NCBI GenBank assembly: GCA_000004695.1
Contig: CM000155.2
Span: 2,080,001-2,144,000 of the forward strand
From: Dictyostelium discoideum
Lineage: Eukaryota
Length of the DNA stretch: 64,000 nt
Direction: 5' to 3'
The stretch's first letter is position 1; each line of letters starts with the position of its first letter. A model generated the notes under the pieces. The model was given only the letters and a program-made list of their open reading frames with translations. It did not search any database and was not told the DNA's origin. The translations under genes were made by a program, and so were the position numbers. Positions 62,125-64,000 of this stretch are shown one piece after another.

Positions 62125-63225
62125 TTAACTAGACGAAACAACACCATAAAATGAAAAACCAATAACCATCAATGTTGATAATGTTATGATTACAATTGAG
62201 TAGATCGAAGGTTTCATATAACCTTTTTTAATATATTTTATAACAGTTCTACATCTTGTTAAACCAACAGCTATTAATACAAGACCAAATAAAAAGTAAG
62301 CTATTGTTACAATTATTGTTGAAGTTGTGAAACCTAATTTTGAGATTAAACCAACACCTAAACCAATGACAGCCATACCAGTTCTAGAATAACCAGCTAA
62401 TGATCTATCCACTGCACATATATCCTCCCTAATTAATTCGATATCATCCATTTCCATTAACAATTTAGGTGGTATTAAATATCTTTTAGCTTTTTCAATA
62501 TTTTTTGTTGATTTCTTTAATATTGATTTTATTGAACTTTCAGTTAATGATGATTTTAATGATGATGATGACGATGATGATTTTAATGATGATGATGACG
62601 ATGATGATTTTTTTTTTTTTTTAATTTTTGAAAAATCTTTTAATTCAATTCCTTCTTTTTTTTCAATTTTATTTTCTTTATTATCATAATTGTTAGCTTT
62701 TTCATGGCCTTCTTCTTTTTCAATGGTTGGAGGTGATATTGATGGTGGTTTTATAATTGATTTTGCTAATGAATGTCTCAAGACATCCCTATTTTGTTCG
62801 ATATCATCTTGCAAATCTTTATTATCAATTTCATCAATGAATGGAATTTCTTCACCAGTTGATGAGGATAGATCATAATCTGATTCATTTTCATCATCAT
62901 ATGATGATTCTGCTTCTTTTTTATTTTCATCATCACCATCATCATCGTCATCATTCCAATCCGATATTTCACTTCTTTTAATTCTTTTTAATGTTTTCCT
63001 TAAATCTTCTCTACTAGTATATTTTAAGAGTTGATTTAAAATATCATCCTCAACTTCATCATATAATTCATCATCCAATTTTTCATCATCATCATCATCA
63101 CTATTTCTGTCACTTTGTTCTTTTTCTCCTACTTCTTCTTTTTCTTCTTCGCTACTTGGTGGTTCTTCATTAAATTCATTATTTTCATTACCACTTTTAT
63201 AAAGTTTCCTTATCTCACGTTTCAT
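62125..63225 (-). CDS. Hypothetical acidic protein with C-terminal transmembrane helices
   Basis: 366-aa ORF with an in-frame TAG upstream of the ATG. D/E/S-rich N-terminal two-thirds (DDDDDEKLDDELYDEVEDD, SSSSSSSLKSS), then hydrophobic segments (GMAVIGLGVGLISKLGF, IIVTIAYFLFGLVLIAVGL, IYSIVIITLSTLMVIGFSFYGVV). No family recognised. Confidence 0.5.
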   Translation of the reverse strand: MKREIRKLYKSGNENNEFNEEPPSSEEEKEEVGEKEQSDRNSDDDDDEKLDDELYDEVEDDILNQLLKYTSREDLRKTLKRIKRSEISDWNDDDDDGDDENKKEAESSYDDENESDYDLSSSTGEEIPFIDEIDNKDLQDDIEQNRDVLRHSLAKSIIKPPSISPPTIEKEEGHEKANNYDNKENKIEKKEGIELKDFSKIKKKKKSSSSSSSLKSSSSSSSLKSSLTESSIKSILKKSTKNIEKAKRYLIPPKLLMEMDDIELIREDICAVDRSLAGYSRTGMAVIGLGVGLISKLGFTTSTIIVTIAYFLFGLVLIAVGLTRCRTVIKYIKKGYMKPSIYSIVIITLSTLMVIGFSFYGVVSSS

Positions 63226-63419
63226 AGTTAATATTGGTTGAGTTTTTATTGTTTTTTTTTTTTCTACATGAAAAAAAAAAAAAAAATAAAAAAAAAATTA
63301 AAAAAAATATAAAAAAAAATTTTTTTTTTCCTTTTTATTTATTTTTATTCATCTAGTCATAGTTTTCTAATTTTGGAAAATGAAAATAAAAAAATAATGT
63401 TTGAAATTATTTAAATCTT

Positions 63420-63461
<42 letters not shown>

Positions 63462-63668
63462 AAAATAGATAATATATATCTAAAAAATAATATTAGTTTT
63501 TTATCAATTATCTACTCTTTTTTTTAAAAATAGATAAATATTTTTTATAAAAATGAATTAAAACTAATTAATATTATTTTTTTTTTTTTTTTTTTTTTAT
63601 TGACAAACTGTTCTAAAATCGATAACAAATTGTGATTTAAAAATAAAATAAAATTTTGATGATAAGAT

Positions 63669-63760
63669 TTACCATGGGAATTTAACATCTGAATACCATC
63701 TATTGACACCATCAGTTGTTAAATAATTTGATACTTCATCAAATGATACAGTTGAATAGA
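63669..63760 (-). CDS. Terminal coding exon of a minus-strand gene whose upstream exons lie beyond the window end (...EDF-YSTVSFDEVSNYLTTDGVNRWYSDVKFPW*)
   Basis: tatatag acceptor at 63762/61 and TAA at 63671-63669. The preceding exon ends ...KEDF with a GTAAGT donor at 63850. A paralogous block lies at 58130-58255. Confidence 0.4.
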
Positions 63761-64000
63761 CTATATAATTATTAAAATTAGATTTTTGGAATTAATAAAT
63801 GTGTATTTTCCCAATATTGAAATAAAATTTTTAATCAATTTAATACTTACAATCTTCTTTATAGAGTTTGGTAAAACTAAATAATAAACACATATGAAAT
63901 AATAATAATAAAATAATAAATATTAGTTAATTGTAATAAATATAAAAGTTTTTTTTTTAAAATTAATAAATTAATATATTACCAATCATCTCTATAAACT

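Noticed and set aside
62690-62972. Small ORFs 62690-62878 (+) and 62778-62972 (-) inside 62125-63225
   Set aside because: These are antisense or alternative-frame readings in the acidic repeat region of the longer ORF.

Overview
This is AT-rich, intron-poor eukaryotic DNA with short GT...AG introns, poly-Q/N proteins and an N-gap, consistent with Dictyostelium discoideum-type sequence. Most of the window is ordinary genes. The accessory content is tRNA-targeted non-LTR retrotransposons and two tandem gene arrays. I did not find a clearly undescribed system.

Three tRNA genes are present: Leu-AAG, an intron-containing Tyr-GUA, and Glu-UUC. A full-length TRE5-A.1-like element (2650-8944, minus strand) is flanked by an 18-bp target-site duplication (TSD). 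It lies head-to-head about 47 bp upstream of tRNA-Tyr and carries four to five 199-bp tandem A-modules. A 2.6-kb internally deleted TRE5-A.2-like copy (37834-40447) lies upstream of tRNA-Glu. A 5'-truncated TRE5-type remnant lies upstream of tRNA-Leu.

Host genes I can support:
- NmrA-like oxidoreductase
- a poly-N protein carrying a probable homopolymer frameshift
- an eIF2alpha-kinase-like protein kinase, interrupted by an assembly gap
- AFG1-like ATPase
- a tandem array of four secreted HExxHxxGxxH metzincin-like proteases, of which one copy alone carries an intron, with a partial promoter and 5' duplication beside it
- CPA2-type cation/H+ antiporter
- ARPC3
- MCM5 and a BRCT-WGR-PARP polymerase, which share a divergent promoter
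- PRELI/MSF1 protein
- Rrp8 methyltransferase
- F-box/WD40 protein
- signal peptide peptidase, with an (AAT)n microsatellite in an intron
- TAF13
- cysteine-synthase-family PLP enzyme
- a tandem trio of LRAT/NC-domain (His-His-Cys) genes, one a multiply disabled pseudogene
- an acidic membrane protein

Other items worth a second look are a roughly 170-bp near-perfect hairpin at 9507-9680, clustered T>G changes in the B-modules of the TRE copy, non-AT islands that could be small ncRNAs, and a duplicated exon-like block flanking the LRAT array.
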